DNA of 64,000 nt from NCBI GenBank assembly GCA_965215505.1, contig OZ244065.1, positions 128,001 through 192,000 on the forward strand. Reading direction: 5' to 3'. The DNA comes from Capsulimonadaceae bacterium. Lineage in GTDB: Bacteria; Armatimonadota; Armatimonadia; Armatimonadales; Capsulimonadaceae. Of this stretch, positions 18,923-27,399 are shown piece after piece. How positions within the stretch are numbered: the stretch's first letter is position 1; each line of letters opens with the position of its first letter. Below the pieces are notes generated by a model that did not search any database, had not been told where the DNA came from, and worked only from the letters and a program-made list of their open reading frames with translations. A program made the translations under genes and the position numbers.

Positions 18923-19258
18923 GTGTTTTTCAAGCGTGATGTTCTTCTCGCACAGGAGTATCTGGGTTTTCTGCTGCTGAACATGTTCGACCTGTTCCTG
19001 ACAGGCTATATCTTCAACCACGGCGGGATGGAGGCCAACGGGCTGGCCGGCTGGATTTACGCGAAGTTCGGCCAGCAGGGATTCGCGTTTTACAAATTCG
19101 GCCTGGTCACGATCGTCGTGCTGGCGTGTGAGGGCATTTCGCTCGCCGACATCCGCAAGTCAAGGATCATCGTCACAGCGGGCTGCCTCATTTACCTGCT
19201 GATCGTCTTCTGGGAAGTGTTCCTGATCATCACTCAAGTCCATGGCATTTTCCTCTGA
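18923..19258 (+). CDS. DUF5658-like small membrane protein
   Basis: LLLNMFDLFLT...GGMEAN...YKF pattern, about 3 TM. Confidence 0.7.
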   Translation: MFFKRDVLLAQEYLGFLLLNMFDLFLTGYIFNHGGMEANGLAGWIYAKFGQQGFAFYKFGLVTIVVLACEGISLADIRKSRIIVTAGCLIYLLIVFWEVFLIITQVHGIFL

Positions 19259-19766
19259 GACAAGCCCCGGCGGAAGTTCAACCATTCGGCCCGCGCGGGA
19301 GGCGGACCTGCCCGCCCTGACGGACATTTACAATGCCGCCGTCATTGGGACGGACTTCACCGGCCACCTCGCCCCGCTCTCGCTGGAGGAGCGCCACCCC
19401 TGGTGGCAGGCCCACCAAGACCCGCGCTTCCCGGTCCTCGTCGCCGAGTCGGGCGGTGAAGTGCTGGGCTATGCTTCCCTCTCCCAATGGTACGATACTC
19501 CCGTCTATGCCCACACCGCCGAATCCTCGCTTTACCTCGCCTCGAACGCCCAGGGGCGCGGGCTGGGAACGACCTTGATGCGTGCCCTGCTGGACGAAGC
19601 GCGCCGCCTGGGCCACCACGTCGTCCTGTCCCGCATCTGGTCCGAAAACCTCCCCAGCATCGCCATGTGCCGGAAGTGTGGCTATGAGACGGTCGGCGTC
19701 CAGCGCGAGATCGGCTTCCGCCGCGGCCGGTGGGAGGACTGCGTGGTCATGCAGGTCATCCTGTAG
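19242..19766 (+). CDS. GNAT N-acetyltransferase (Pat/MnaT-like)
   Basis: IRPAREADLPALTDIYN, YAHTAESSLY, QGRGLGT, ENLPSI. Confidence 0.9.
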   Translation: MAFSSETSPGGSSTIRPAREADLPALTDIYNAAVIGTDFTGHLAPLSLEERHPWWQAHQDPRFPVLVAESGGEVLGYASLSQWYDTPVYAHTAESSLYLASNAQGRGLGTTLMRALLDEARRLGHHVVLSRIWSENLPSIAMCRKCGYETVGVQREIGFRRGRWEDCVVMQVIL

Positions 19767-19770
19767 GCCC

Positions 19771-21207
19771 TCACGGCGCGGTCCCTTGCTTGGGGAACGA
19801 CTTGACGTGCCCGTCGGCGAACAGCACGACGCGGGCGCACGGCAGGTCCATCGTCCCCTGAACGGTATCGGCGGGCGACTCGATCTTCGCCATTGCCGTG
19901 CCGCCGGGCAGTTGATACTCAAACCGATGGCTCCCCACCTGGAACACTTCTCTGGTCTTCAGGTAGGGGTACAGAGCCTCGTTCAATCCCTCCGTGGGCG
20001 GGAAATGCTCGTCATAATCCTGTGCGTACTGGGTCAGCGCCAGCCCGATTTGCTTCAAGTTCAACATCGCTAGTTGCCGCTCCTCGGCACAGGTCAAGGT
20101 CAGCCCGACCGCCATCTTCTCGTTTGGCAGCAGGTCGGTGACCGCCGTCACGTCTGTGACGCAGAGGTCGCCGTGCGACAGGAAGGCGATCTGCTTGCCC
20201 GTCGGCGACCAGACCGCCTGCGGGTCGTCCCGGTCCGGCGTCAGCCCCGCCGCCGCCGCCCCGAGCGGCAGTCTCCCCGCCGGTGTCCGCCGTATCCACA
20301 AGACGCACGGCTCTAGATGCGCCCCGCTCCCCTTACCGTCTTCCAAAAGGCGATGCTCCACGTCCAGCGTCAAGTCGGGGTACTGCCTGGAGGCGGCGGG
20401 CGCGTCGTCGGCGGGAGCCGGGCCGGTTGGGCTGACCTGCCCCGTGACGACATCGAAGTCCTGGTCGGCGTCTTTCACACGGATGCGGAGGTGGCGGTCG
20501 TCGCTCCAGCGATAGTAGCCGGCCCCAGGCGGCAGCGTGAGCAGGCGGTAGGTGTCCCGGTCCGGGTCGTAGAGTATGGAGGCAGTTTGTGCCCGCCCCG
20601 GTTTGCCGTCGGCGTCCGGCACTTGATAAAGCTGCTTGAAGACGACCCAGCGCAGGCTTGGCGAGGGGACGCCATAGGCGGAACCTGGGACGGCCTGTGC
20701 TTCGGGGGCGAGATGTGCCGCCGGGTCGATCGGGCGCGTCACGGCGGGACTGGCGCTCAGGTCCCACCGCAGGTACTCCGCGAAGGCCGTGGTCGGCTCC
20801 TGCGGGTCCGGCGAGTAGCGGCACAGCAGGACATGCTTCCCGCTCCGGCTCCAGCCTAACAGTAGAAAGCCCGCCGCCGTGCTGCCCGTCGGGGCCGTGT
20901 CCGAGAGGCGGCTGATCTCGCGCCCGGTGCGGGTGTCCATCGTCTTGACAGAGTAGACGGTCAGGTCCCCCTGCACCTCGGAGCCGAGGAAGGCAATCTC
21001 CACGCCGAGCGGCTCATAGGCGAAAAGCTGGATGTGGGCGTTCAGAGTGAGCGGGCGCATCGGACTGACCTGCACGAATTCGCCTCTGCTGGTATAGACG
21101 ATGTCGGACCGGAGGTTGGACGGCTGCGCCGGGGCGGCATTCGCCGGCAGAGGGGCGCGAACAAGCAGAGGCAGAAGACAAAGCAATGCGAAGCGGCGCG
21201 CATACAT
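19771..21207 (-). CDS. Secreted TolB-like beta-propeller protein with a C-terminal DUF1559/H-X9-DG-type domain (paralog A)
   Basis: Signal peptide; WSRSG and WSPTGKQIAF repeats; C-terminal NLKQIGLALTQYAQDYDEHFP...LFADGHVK. GGAGG SD. Confidence 0.72.
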   Translation of the reverse strand: MYARRFALLCLLPLLVRAPLPANAAPAQPSNLRSDIVYTSRGEFVQVSPMRPLTLNAHIQLFAYEPLGVEIAFLGSEVQGDLTVYSVKTMDTRTGREISRLSDTAPTGSTAAGFLLLGWSRSGKHVLLCRYSPDPQEPTTAFAEYLRWDLSASPAVTRPIDPAAHLAPEAQAVPGSAYGVPSPSLRWVVFKQLYQVPDADGKPGRAQTASILYDPDRDTYRLLTLPPGAGYYRWSDDRHLRIRVKDADQDFDVVTGQVSPTGPAPADDAPAASRQYPDLTLDVEHRLLEDGKGSGAHLEPCVLWIRRTPAGRLPLGAAAAGLTPDRDDPQAVWSPTGKQIAFLSHGDLCVTDVTAVTDLLPNEKMAVGLTLTCAEERQLAMLNLKQIGLALTQYAQDYDEHFPPTEGLNEALYPYLKTREVFQVGSHRFEYQLPGGTAMAKIESPADTVQGTMDLPCARVVLFADGHVKSFPKQGTAP

Positions 21208-21269
21208 GGCGATCCTCCTGACGCCCCGCGTTTGGCGGGGCAAACATTGTATGACTTTGTTGATGCGGT

Positions 21270-22703
21270 TCAGTCCGCGCCTTCCGGCGCACTGCCCGGC
21301 TTCGAGAGTGTTTTCACCAGGCCGTTCCCCATGAGCACGACGCGCGCGCAGGGGAGGTCGAACTCGCCGATGACGAGTTCCGTTTGCTTCTCCAAGTGTC
21401 CCCGCAGGAGATCCGGCGGCTCGTGGTAGACGAAGTGGACGCCCTCGGTGTGCAGATCATTGGCGTACTTCGCGCTCGCGGCGATCTCCGACTGGAACTG
21501 ACCCGCCGTGGGGAACCTGCCGTCATGCGCCATCGAGTACCAGAACATCGCCATGTCCACGTTCTTGATGTTCACCCGCGCCAGGGCGCGCTCCTCCGCA
21601 CAGGTCAGCGGCAGTCCCAGCGCCTGCCGCTCGGCGGGGATCGCGTCGGGGGGCGTCAGGTCCGTGACGCAGAGGTCGCCATGGGTGACATAGGCGACCT
21701 GCCGCCCCGTCGGCGACCAGGCCGGCCGGGGGCCGTCGTCGCCCGACGTCACCGCCGCCGCCGCCGCGCCCAGCGGGTCCTTGCCGGGGGTGGACCGGCG
21801 CAGCCAGAGGATGTGCGAGGCGGCCTGCGCGCCCGTCGTCCGTTTATCCTCCAATGTGCGCGCCTCGACGTCCAGTGTCAGATTCGGGTAGAACGCGGAA
21901 GCCGGCTTTGCCCTCGGCCCGGCGGCGTAGGGGGCGGTCGCGCCGGTCGTGACGTCCAGCATCTCCGAACCGTGCTGCCGGGTGCCGTCCCCATCAATTC
22001 GCAGGTGGTCGGCGTCAACCCAATATCCATAGGACACGAACCCCGGCGGCAATGGGAGTGTGCGGGACTGGTCCTTTCCAGGGTCATAGAGCGAGTACAG
22101 CGTGTGCGACTCGTCCTCTTTTGTTACCGGGTTCGGCTGCTGGTACTCCTGGCCGAAGAAGACCGTGTGCCCTTTCGGGGAGACGCGGACACGGGTATAG
22201 CTTGCCCGCGTGCCCGCAGGCAGCGGCGGCAGCGTGATCTCGGACACGGAAGGCGGGTCCGCGCCGAGGTCCCAGCGCAGATAGGCCTGGCCGACCGGTT
22301 TCCCCTGCGCGGCCTCCTCCACCGCCTCTTTCAGCGGAAGCCACCGCTCCACCAACAAGTAGCGGCCACTGCCGCTCCACCCGATGAGGTTGTACCGGGC
22401 CGTCTCATCACCGGCCGGGGCGGTCATGGAGAGCCGATTGATCGAGCGCCCGCTGCGGACGTCAATGGTTTCGACGAACACCGTCATCGTGTCGCCGGCC
22501 GTCTCGCTGCCCCCGACCGCGATCTCCTGGCCCGTCGGCTCATAAGCGAACTCCCTGACGTGGGCGTTCAGCGTCAACTGGTGGAGTGGGCCGACTTGGA
22601 CGAACTTCCCGTCGCCGAGGTAGAGGATGTCAGGGCGCAGGGCGTGGCCGGGGAGGGGAAGCAGGGCAAGCAGATACGGCAGCGCAAAGTATCGCAGTCT
22701 CAT
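21270..22703 (-). CDS. Secreted TolB-like beta-propeller protein with a degenerate H-X9-DG-type domain (paralog B)
   Basis: Colinear with 19771-21207 (FVQV.P...LTLNAH, YLRWDL, LTLDVE, WSPTG, HGDLCVTD, LTCAEER). C-terminus LMGNGLVK. Confidence 0.72.
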   Translation of the reverse strand: MRLRYFALPYLLALLPLPGHALRPDILYLGDGKFVQVGPLHQLTLNAHVREFAYEPTGQEIAVGGSETAGDTMTVFVETIDVRSGRSINRLSMTAPAGDETARYNLIGWSGSGRYLLVERWLPLKEAVEEAAQGKPVGQAYLRWDLGADPPSVSEITLPPLPAGTRASYTRVRVSPKGHTVFFGQEYQQPNPVTKEDESHTLYSLYDPGKDQSRTLPLPPGFVSYGYWVDADHLRIDGDGTRQHGSEMLDVTTGATAPYAAGPRAKPASAFYPNLTLDVEARTLEDKRTTGAQAASHILWLRRSTPGKDPLGAAAAAVTSGDDGPRPAWSPTGRQVAYVTHGDLCVTDLTPPDAIPAERQALGLPLTCAEERALARVNIKNVDMAMFWYSMAHDGRFPTAGQFQSEIAASAKYANDLHTEGVHFVYHEPPDLLRGHLEKQTELVIGEFDLPCARVVLMGNGLVKTLSKPGSAPEGAD

Positions 22704-22784
22704 GGCGGTTCTCCTAGGCGTGAGGCGATCAAAGAGACTAACGTGCCACGATGCTGTTTCGGTTCGGGCCGGACTGAAATTCGG

Positions 22785-23042
22785 CTAGAGGACGGTGTAC
22801 GGCGTCGCCTCGACCACGCCGCCGACGGACTGAAGCTCGGGCAGCAGGAGGTCCAGAGTGGCCTCATCGGTGTCGAACGTCACCAGGACGTGGCCGGGGC
22901 CGGTGACGATGTCCAGGGACACGTTACGCGCGGCGCAGGCGGCGGAGAGGGCGGCGACCAGGCCCGCGCGCTCATCGGTTTGCAGCAGGACGACCCGGCG
23001 CAGAGGGTGGGGGAGTGTTAGAGGCGGCGTTTGGGCTGGCAT
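22785..23042 (-). CDS. Small ACT-domain-like protein
   Basis: LQTDERAGLVAALSAACAARNVSL resembles the ACT D-R-x-G-L...N-I motif. Overlaps the upstream gene. Confidence 0.6.
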   Translation of the reverse strand: MPAQTPPLTLPHPLRRVVLLQTDERAGLVAALSAACAARNVSLDIVTGPGHVLVTFDTDEATLDLLLPELQSVGGVVEATPYTVL

Positions 23043-23967
23043 CGGCGCTTCCTTTCGACTGGGAATGGTAGAAGTGCGAGTGGCTATAGAGATAAAATCC
23101 CGTGACGAGGACCAGGATCAGGCCGGTGGCGTAGACCGTCGCGAAGACCTCCTCGCGCTTCAGTTTGAAGGCACGGCCGTTCGCGATCAGCACGGCCAGG
23201 CCCATCGGGACCAGGGCGGCAACATTGACTTCGGTGAACAGCACCAGGAGCATGGTCGTGGTCAGCAGGCCGTACATCCACCAGAAGGTGCCGCGCACGT
23301 TCAGGTTCAGGCGCAGGGCTACGGCGAAGAAGAAGGCCATGAACAGGGCGTCGCCCGGCCCGATGAAGCCGATGGGGTGCAAGGCCCCGTGGTGGTGCGC
23401 CCCGCCGCCGACGGCGGGCACGGGGACGGACAAGGCCCGGACGAGGCCGGGATTGTGCGCCACGGCGTTCTGTGTGAAGCCGATCGGCGTCATCGCGCCC
23501 AGGTAATCAATCGGCATGGCGACGAGCGCGACCGGCAGCAGGACGTTCGCCTCGCGGACGATCCGCGACAGCAGGATGCCGAAAAAGGCGCAGGCAAACG
23601 TGATCGCCAGGCCGAGCAAGAGTGGCCCCGCGATGAACAGCGGCGCGTTGTGCGCCTCGGACCATCCCCGGTGCGGGACGAAGTACCGGAGGGTGAGCAG
23701 CCACAGCCCGACACAGGCGAGGGTGAGGCCCGCGCTCACCCAAGGGCGCGGCTTGAGGTTGACGACGGCCTGCGCCAGCCAGAGTTGCAGCAGCATGAAG
23801 GCCGCCGTCGAGGCGAAGATCAGCCCGGCATAGACGATGCGTGGCGGGGGCCGGTCGGGCAGGGGGACGAGCGGCAGCAGCAGGTCGAACGCCAGGTAGG
23901 CGGCAAGTGCCAACAGGGCTGCCGCCCGCACGTCGAGCGCCTCGAATCCGGCGACGAGGCGCTTCAT
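22972..23967 (-). CDS. Polytopic membrane protein with a GxGD motif (presenilin/SPP-like aspartyl protease candidate)
   Basis: About 9 TM segments; AMPIDYL, FIGPGDALF, VAALVP. ATG 23967 overlaps the dusB stop. Confidence 0.65.
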   Translation of the reverse strand: MKRLVAGFEALDVRAAALLALAAYLAFDLLLPLVPLPDRPPPRIVYAGLIFASTAAFMLLQLWLAQAVVNLKPRPWVSAGLTLACVGLWLLTLRYFVPHRGWSEAHNAPLFIAGPLLLGLAITFACAFFGILLSRIVREANVLLPVALVAMPIDYLGAMTPIGFTQNAVAHNPGLVRALSVPVPAVGGGAHHHGALHPIGFIGPGDALFMAFFFAVALRLNLNVRGTFWWMYGLLTTTMLLVLFTEVNVAALVPMGLAVLIANGRAFKLKREEVFATVYATGLILVLVTGFYLYSHSHFYHSQSKGSADASPNAASNTPPPSAPGRPAANR

Positions 23968-24965
23968 GGGCGCTGCCGACTCTCGCGGCGCAGCAGGTCC
24001 TCGATCTCGCCGATGGAGGTGGCGGTGACCAGCAAGCCGCGCAGGGCGGAGACGCCGGGGAAGCCCTTGAAGTAGTGGGTGATCTGCCCGCGCATCTCCT
24101 TGACCGCCCGCTGCTCGCCCACGGCGGGGTCGGCGGCCATCGTCTTCAGGTGGAACAGGGCACCCTCGATCCGGTCCGAGAGCGTCGGCGCGGGCCGCTC
24201 CTCGCCGGACTCCAGATAGTGCGCGATGTCCCCGAACAGCCACGGGTTGCCCATCGCCGCCCGGCCCACCATGACCGCGTCGCAGCCGGTCTCGTCAAAC
24301 ATGCGCCGCGCATCCTGGACCGTTTCCACGTCGCCGTTGCCGATGACCGGGATCGTTACCACGTCCTTGACGCGCCGGATGATGCTCCAGTCCGCGTGCC
24401 CCGTGAAGCCCTGGTTGGCGTAGCGCGCGTGGACGGCGATGGCTCGCGCCCCGGCGTCCTGCGCCCGCCGGGCGAAGTCGATGCCCGTCGTCTGGCTCGG
24501 GTCCCAGCCCGACCGGATCTTGACCGTGACGGGGATCTTGACCGCGTCCACCATCGCCTTGACCACCGACTGCGCCAGGCAGACGTCTTTGAGCAACGAT
24601 GCCCCCGCGCCGGTCTTGGCGACCTTGGGCACCCAGCAGCCCATGTTCAGGTCCACGATGTCCGCCCCCGCCGCCTCCACCACCTGCGCGGCCTCCGCCA
24701 TCAGGGCCGGGTCGCCGCCAAAAAGCTGCACCGAGACGGGCCGCTCGGCGTCGTTCCAGTCGAACATGCCGAACGTCTTGGCGTTCTTGTAGTGGATCGC
24801 GTGCGACGACAGCAGCTCGGTCACGACCAGTCCGGCCCCGCTGTTCTTGCACAGCAGCCGGAAGGCGTGGGACGTCACCCCGGCCATCGGCGCGAGGACG
24901 AGCGGCGTGTCAATCGTGATCGGGCCGATTTGCAGCGGCTTCAGTTTTGTTGCGAGTGTCGTCAT
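23964..24965 (-). CDS. dusB: tRNA-dihydrouridine synthase
   Basis: LAPMAGVT, QLFG, DLNMGC, GAGASLL, VTVKIRSGWD, PVIGNGDV, VMVGRAAMGNPWLF. Confidence 0.95.
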   Translation of the reverse strand: MTTLATKLKPLQIGPITIDTPLVLAPMAGVTSHAFRLLCKNSGAGLVVTELLSSHAIHYKNAKTFGMFDWNDAERPVSVQLFGGDPALMAEAAQVVEAAGADIVDLNMGCWVPKVAKTGAGASLLKDVCLAQSVVKAMVDAVKIPVTVKIRSGWDPSQTTGIDFARRAQDAGARAIAVHARYANQGFTGHADWSIIRRVKDVVTIPVIGNGDVETVQDARRMFDETGCDAVMVGRAAMGNPWLFGDIAHYLESGEERPAPTLSDRIEGALFHLKTMAADPAVGEQRAVKEMRGQITHYFKGFPGVSALRGLLVTATSIGEIEDLLRRESRQRP

Positions 24966-24971
24966 AAACCG

Positions 24972-25306
24972 TTATCCAAGCGCCTTGAGCTGCGCCAAAA
25001 GCTGTCCTGTCGTTTCGTCCCCCGGCCGCTGCCCCTGGATCATCTGCATCGCCGTCTTCCCCGGCGGCGGCTGGCGGCGCGGCTTGATCTCGTCCAATGA
25101 TTGTGGGACGTGGGACGTTTTGGCCTCAGCCTCCTGACGGGTTTCCAGGGCTGTCGCCAGGCGGGCGATTTGCAGTTTCAACGCCTGCACTTACTCTTGC
25201 AGATTTTGCAGGCTGGAAAGTGCTTGCTGTGACCCGCGCGAAGCCCTCCGCCTGCTCGTAGTGTTTGCTCCTGCGTTCGTTTCTGATCCTCCGCGATGGC
25301 TTCCAT
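24972..25306 (-). pseudogene. Probable decayed small gene (antitoxin-like C-terminus)
   Basis: ATG 25306 (MEAIAEDQKRTQEQ..) is in a different frame from QQALSSLQNLQE*VQALKLQ...GQRPGDETTGQLLAQLKALG. In-frame TAA at 25191-25193. Confidence 0.4.
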
Positions 25307-25313
25307 GCTCTGT

Positions 25314-25538
25314 TCAGCTAGACGACAGGTAGATTACCATAGGTAAGTCCAAGACCGCCAGGACACAAGCGACCGCCATAAGGTCCCGAACCGAACTTCC
25401 GTCGAACAGAGCGCCGAACACTCGTTGATTCTGGTCGCTGTGGCGGTGACGCACACGGAAGAACACCCAGCGAAGCAGCAGCAGTTCCAGAAGGTGACAG
25501 GGAACCGCAAGAACACAGATCAACAGTGTCAGGCCCAT
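25314..25538 (-). CDS. Small 2-TM hypothetical protein
   Basis: GGAGG SD and TATAAT upstream; two hydrophobic helices. Confidence 0.55.
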   Translation of the reverse strand: MGLTLLICVLAVPCHLLELLLLRWVFFRVRHRHSDQNQRVFGALFDGSSVRDLMAVACVLAVLDLPMVIYLSSS

Positions 25539-25593
25539 TGTCGCCTCCTCAGATGCTCCTCAGCGGCTTTAAGAGGATTATACCACAGCCGCT

Positions 25594-26529
25594 CTACCCC
25601 ACCGCTTCATCTTCCACCCGCTCCTTCGCCGTCTGCTGACGGATGACGAGGGCCAGGGCGACGAGGACCAGCAGGCCGCCGAACATCTGAACGGGGGTCA
25701 AGGTCTGGTGCAGGAGCCACCAGGCCAGGATGGCGGCCAGGATGGGTTCAAGCAGGATGGAAAAAGCGACCGTGGACGAGGGGTAGTGGCGCAGGGACCA
25801 ATTCAGCAGGGTGTGGCCGAAGATCTGCGGGCCGAGTGTCATGCCCAGCAGCGCGCGCCAGACGCCGGGGGAGTAGTGGAACCGCGCGCCGCCGCTGCCG
25901 AGAAGCAGGCCCCAAAGGACTATTGCGGCGACCGAGTAGGCGACCGTGACCTGACGCTGGGACGACACCGTCTCGTGCAGGCCCTCGACGCAGAGCAGGT
26001 ACAGGGCGAACGCCAGGCCGCCGAGCAGGGCCAGCAGATCGCCGGTCAGTGTCGCCTGGGTGGCGGGCTGGGCCGCCGAGAGCGTCACCAGCCAGACGCC
26101 GAGGGCCGCGACGGTCAGGGCCAGCCAGTAGAGCGCGGACACGCGGCGGCGGCCCAGGACCAGCCCGCCTAATGTCGTCCAGAGCGGCGTCGTGCAGACG
26201 AGAAGCGTGGCGCGGGCGACCGGCGTCCGGTCCAGCGCGGCGAACCAGGTAAGGAAGTGGACGGCGAGGCACAGCCCGGCGAGGACCAGCCGCACCTGCA
26301 CAGCGCGCGTGTAGAGGCGAACCTTGTGTTCGCCCTTCCCTCCGTATTCGCCCTTCCTGATGGCGGACAGGCCGAGAAAGAACAGGGAGGCCAGCCCGAG
26401 CCGCCAGGCGGCGATGGCGAGCGGGGTGGCTTCGGCGAGGGCGCGGTGGGCGAACAGGCCCGCCGTGCTGACCAGGAAGACGGCCAGGAGCAGCAGGAGG
26501 ATTCGGCTCAGGGAGGATGACTGGCTCAA
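25594..26529 (-). CDS. DMT/EamA-family transporter
   Basis: 10 TM; HFLTWFAAL, GDLLAL, GHTLLNWSL, LLEPI. Confidence 0.92.
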   Translation of the reverse strand: MSQSSSLSRILLLLLAVFLVSTAGLFAHRALAEATPLAIAAWRLGLASLFFLGLSAIRKGEYGGKGEHKVRLYTRAVQVRLVLAGLCLAVHFLTWFAALDRTPVARATLLVCTTPLWTTLGGLVLGRRRVSALYWLALTVAALGVWLVTLSAAQPATQATLTGDLLALLGGLAFALYLLCVEGLHETVSSQRQVTVAYSVAAIVLWGLLLGSGGARFHYSPGVWRALLGMTLGPQIFGHTLLNWSLRHYPSSTVAFSILLEPILAAILAWWLLHQTLTPVQMFGGLLVLVALALVIRQQTAKERVEDEAVG

Positions 26530-27323
26530 CGCGGCAGCCGGTTCCGGTCGTACACCAGGCGCAGGCCGTCCAGGGTGAGGTTTGGCTCCAGATGGGTGAT
26601 GCTGGCGCTCTCCTCCGACAGCAGCTCGGAGGCGTAGCCGCCGGTCGCGATGACCGGGCAGCCGGGCGCGTCCATCTCGGCCTGGAACCGGGCGACCATG
26701 CCCTCGACGAGCGACAGAGTGCCCAGGACGATCCCGGACTGGAGCGCGTGGATGGTGTTGTTGCCGATGGCCTGCGGCGGCGCGGCCAGCTCGACGCGGG
26801 GGATCTTGGCGGCCCGCGCGAACAGCGCGTCCAGGGACAGCCCGATGCCCAGGCAGATCGCCCCGCCGAGGTAGACCGGGAGCGCGCCGGGCCGGGGCGG
26901 GGCGGCGATGGCGTTGAAGGTGGTGGCGGAGCCGAAGTCAATCACGATGCAGGGGGCGCCGAAGAGGTGGACGGCGGCGACGGCGTCTACGAGCCTGTCC
27001 GCGCCGACCCCGCCCTGCGGCTGGTAGGCGATCTCCAGGCCCAGGTCCTTGCGCGGCGAGACCTCCACCGGCTCCATCAGGAAGGTGTCGCGGGCCAGCC
27101 GCCGCAGGGTGGGGGTGGCGGCGGGGACGACGCTCGCCAATGCGATGCCGGTGATGTCACCCAATCCGATGTCGTTCTGGGCGCACAGGGAGCCGAGGAA
27201 GGCGGCGTACTCGTCCGCCGTCCGGTCGGCCTCGGTGCGGATGCGCCAGCGGAACCGGAGCGGGCCGTCGTCATAAACGCCGAAGGTGACGTTGCTGTTG
27301 CCGGCGTCAATGACCAGAAGCAT
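26526..27323 (-). CDS. coaX: Type III pantothenate kinase
   Basis: LVIDAGNSN, VGADR, VIDFGSATTF, YLGGAI, IATGG. Confidence 0.96.
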   Translation of the reverse strand: MLLVIDAGNSNVTFGVYDDGPLRFRWRIRTEADRTADEYAAFLGSLCAQNDIGLGDITGIALASVVPAATPTLRRLARDTFLMEPVEVSPRKDLGLEIAYQPQGGVGADRLVDAVAAVHLFGAPCIVIDFGSATTFNAIAAPPRPGALPVYLGGAICLGIGLSLDALFARAAKIPRVELAAPPQAIGNNTIHALQSGIVLGTLSLVEGMVARFQAEMDAPGCPVIATGGYASELLSEESASITHLEPNLTLDGLRLVYDRNRLPR

Positions 27324-27399
27324 GAAACATTATAGCACACGCCGGTGCGATGCGTTTCACGGGCAGGAGATTCGGGCGGCGGCGGGGAAGAGGGTGGGC

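Noticed and set aside
23968..24243. N-terminal 92 aa of the 423-aa ORF 22972-24243
   Set aside because: Overlaps dusB out of frame. The ATG at 23967 coupled to the dusB stop is the more plausible start.
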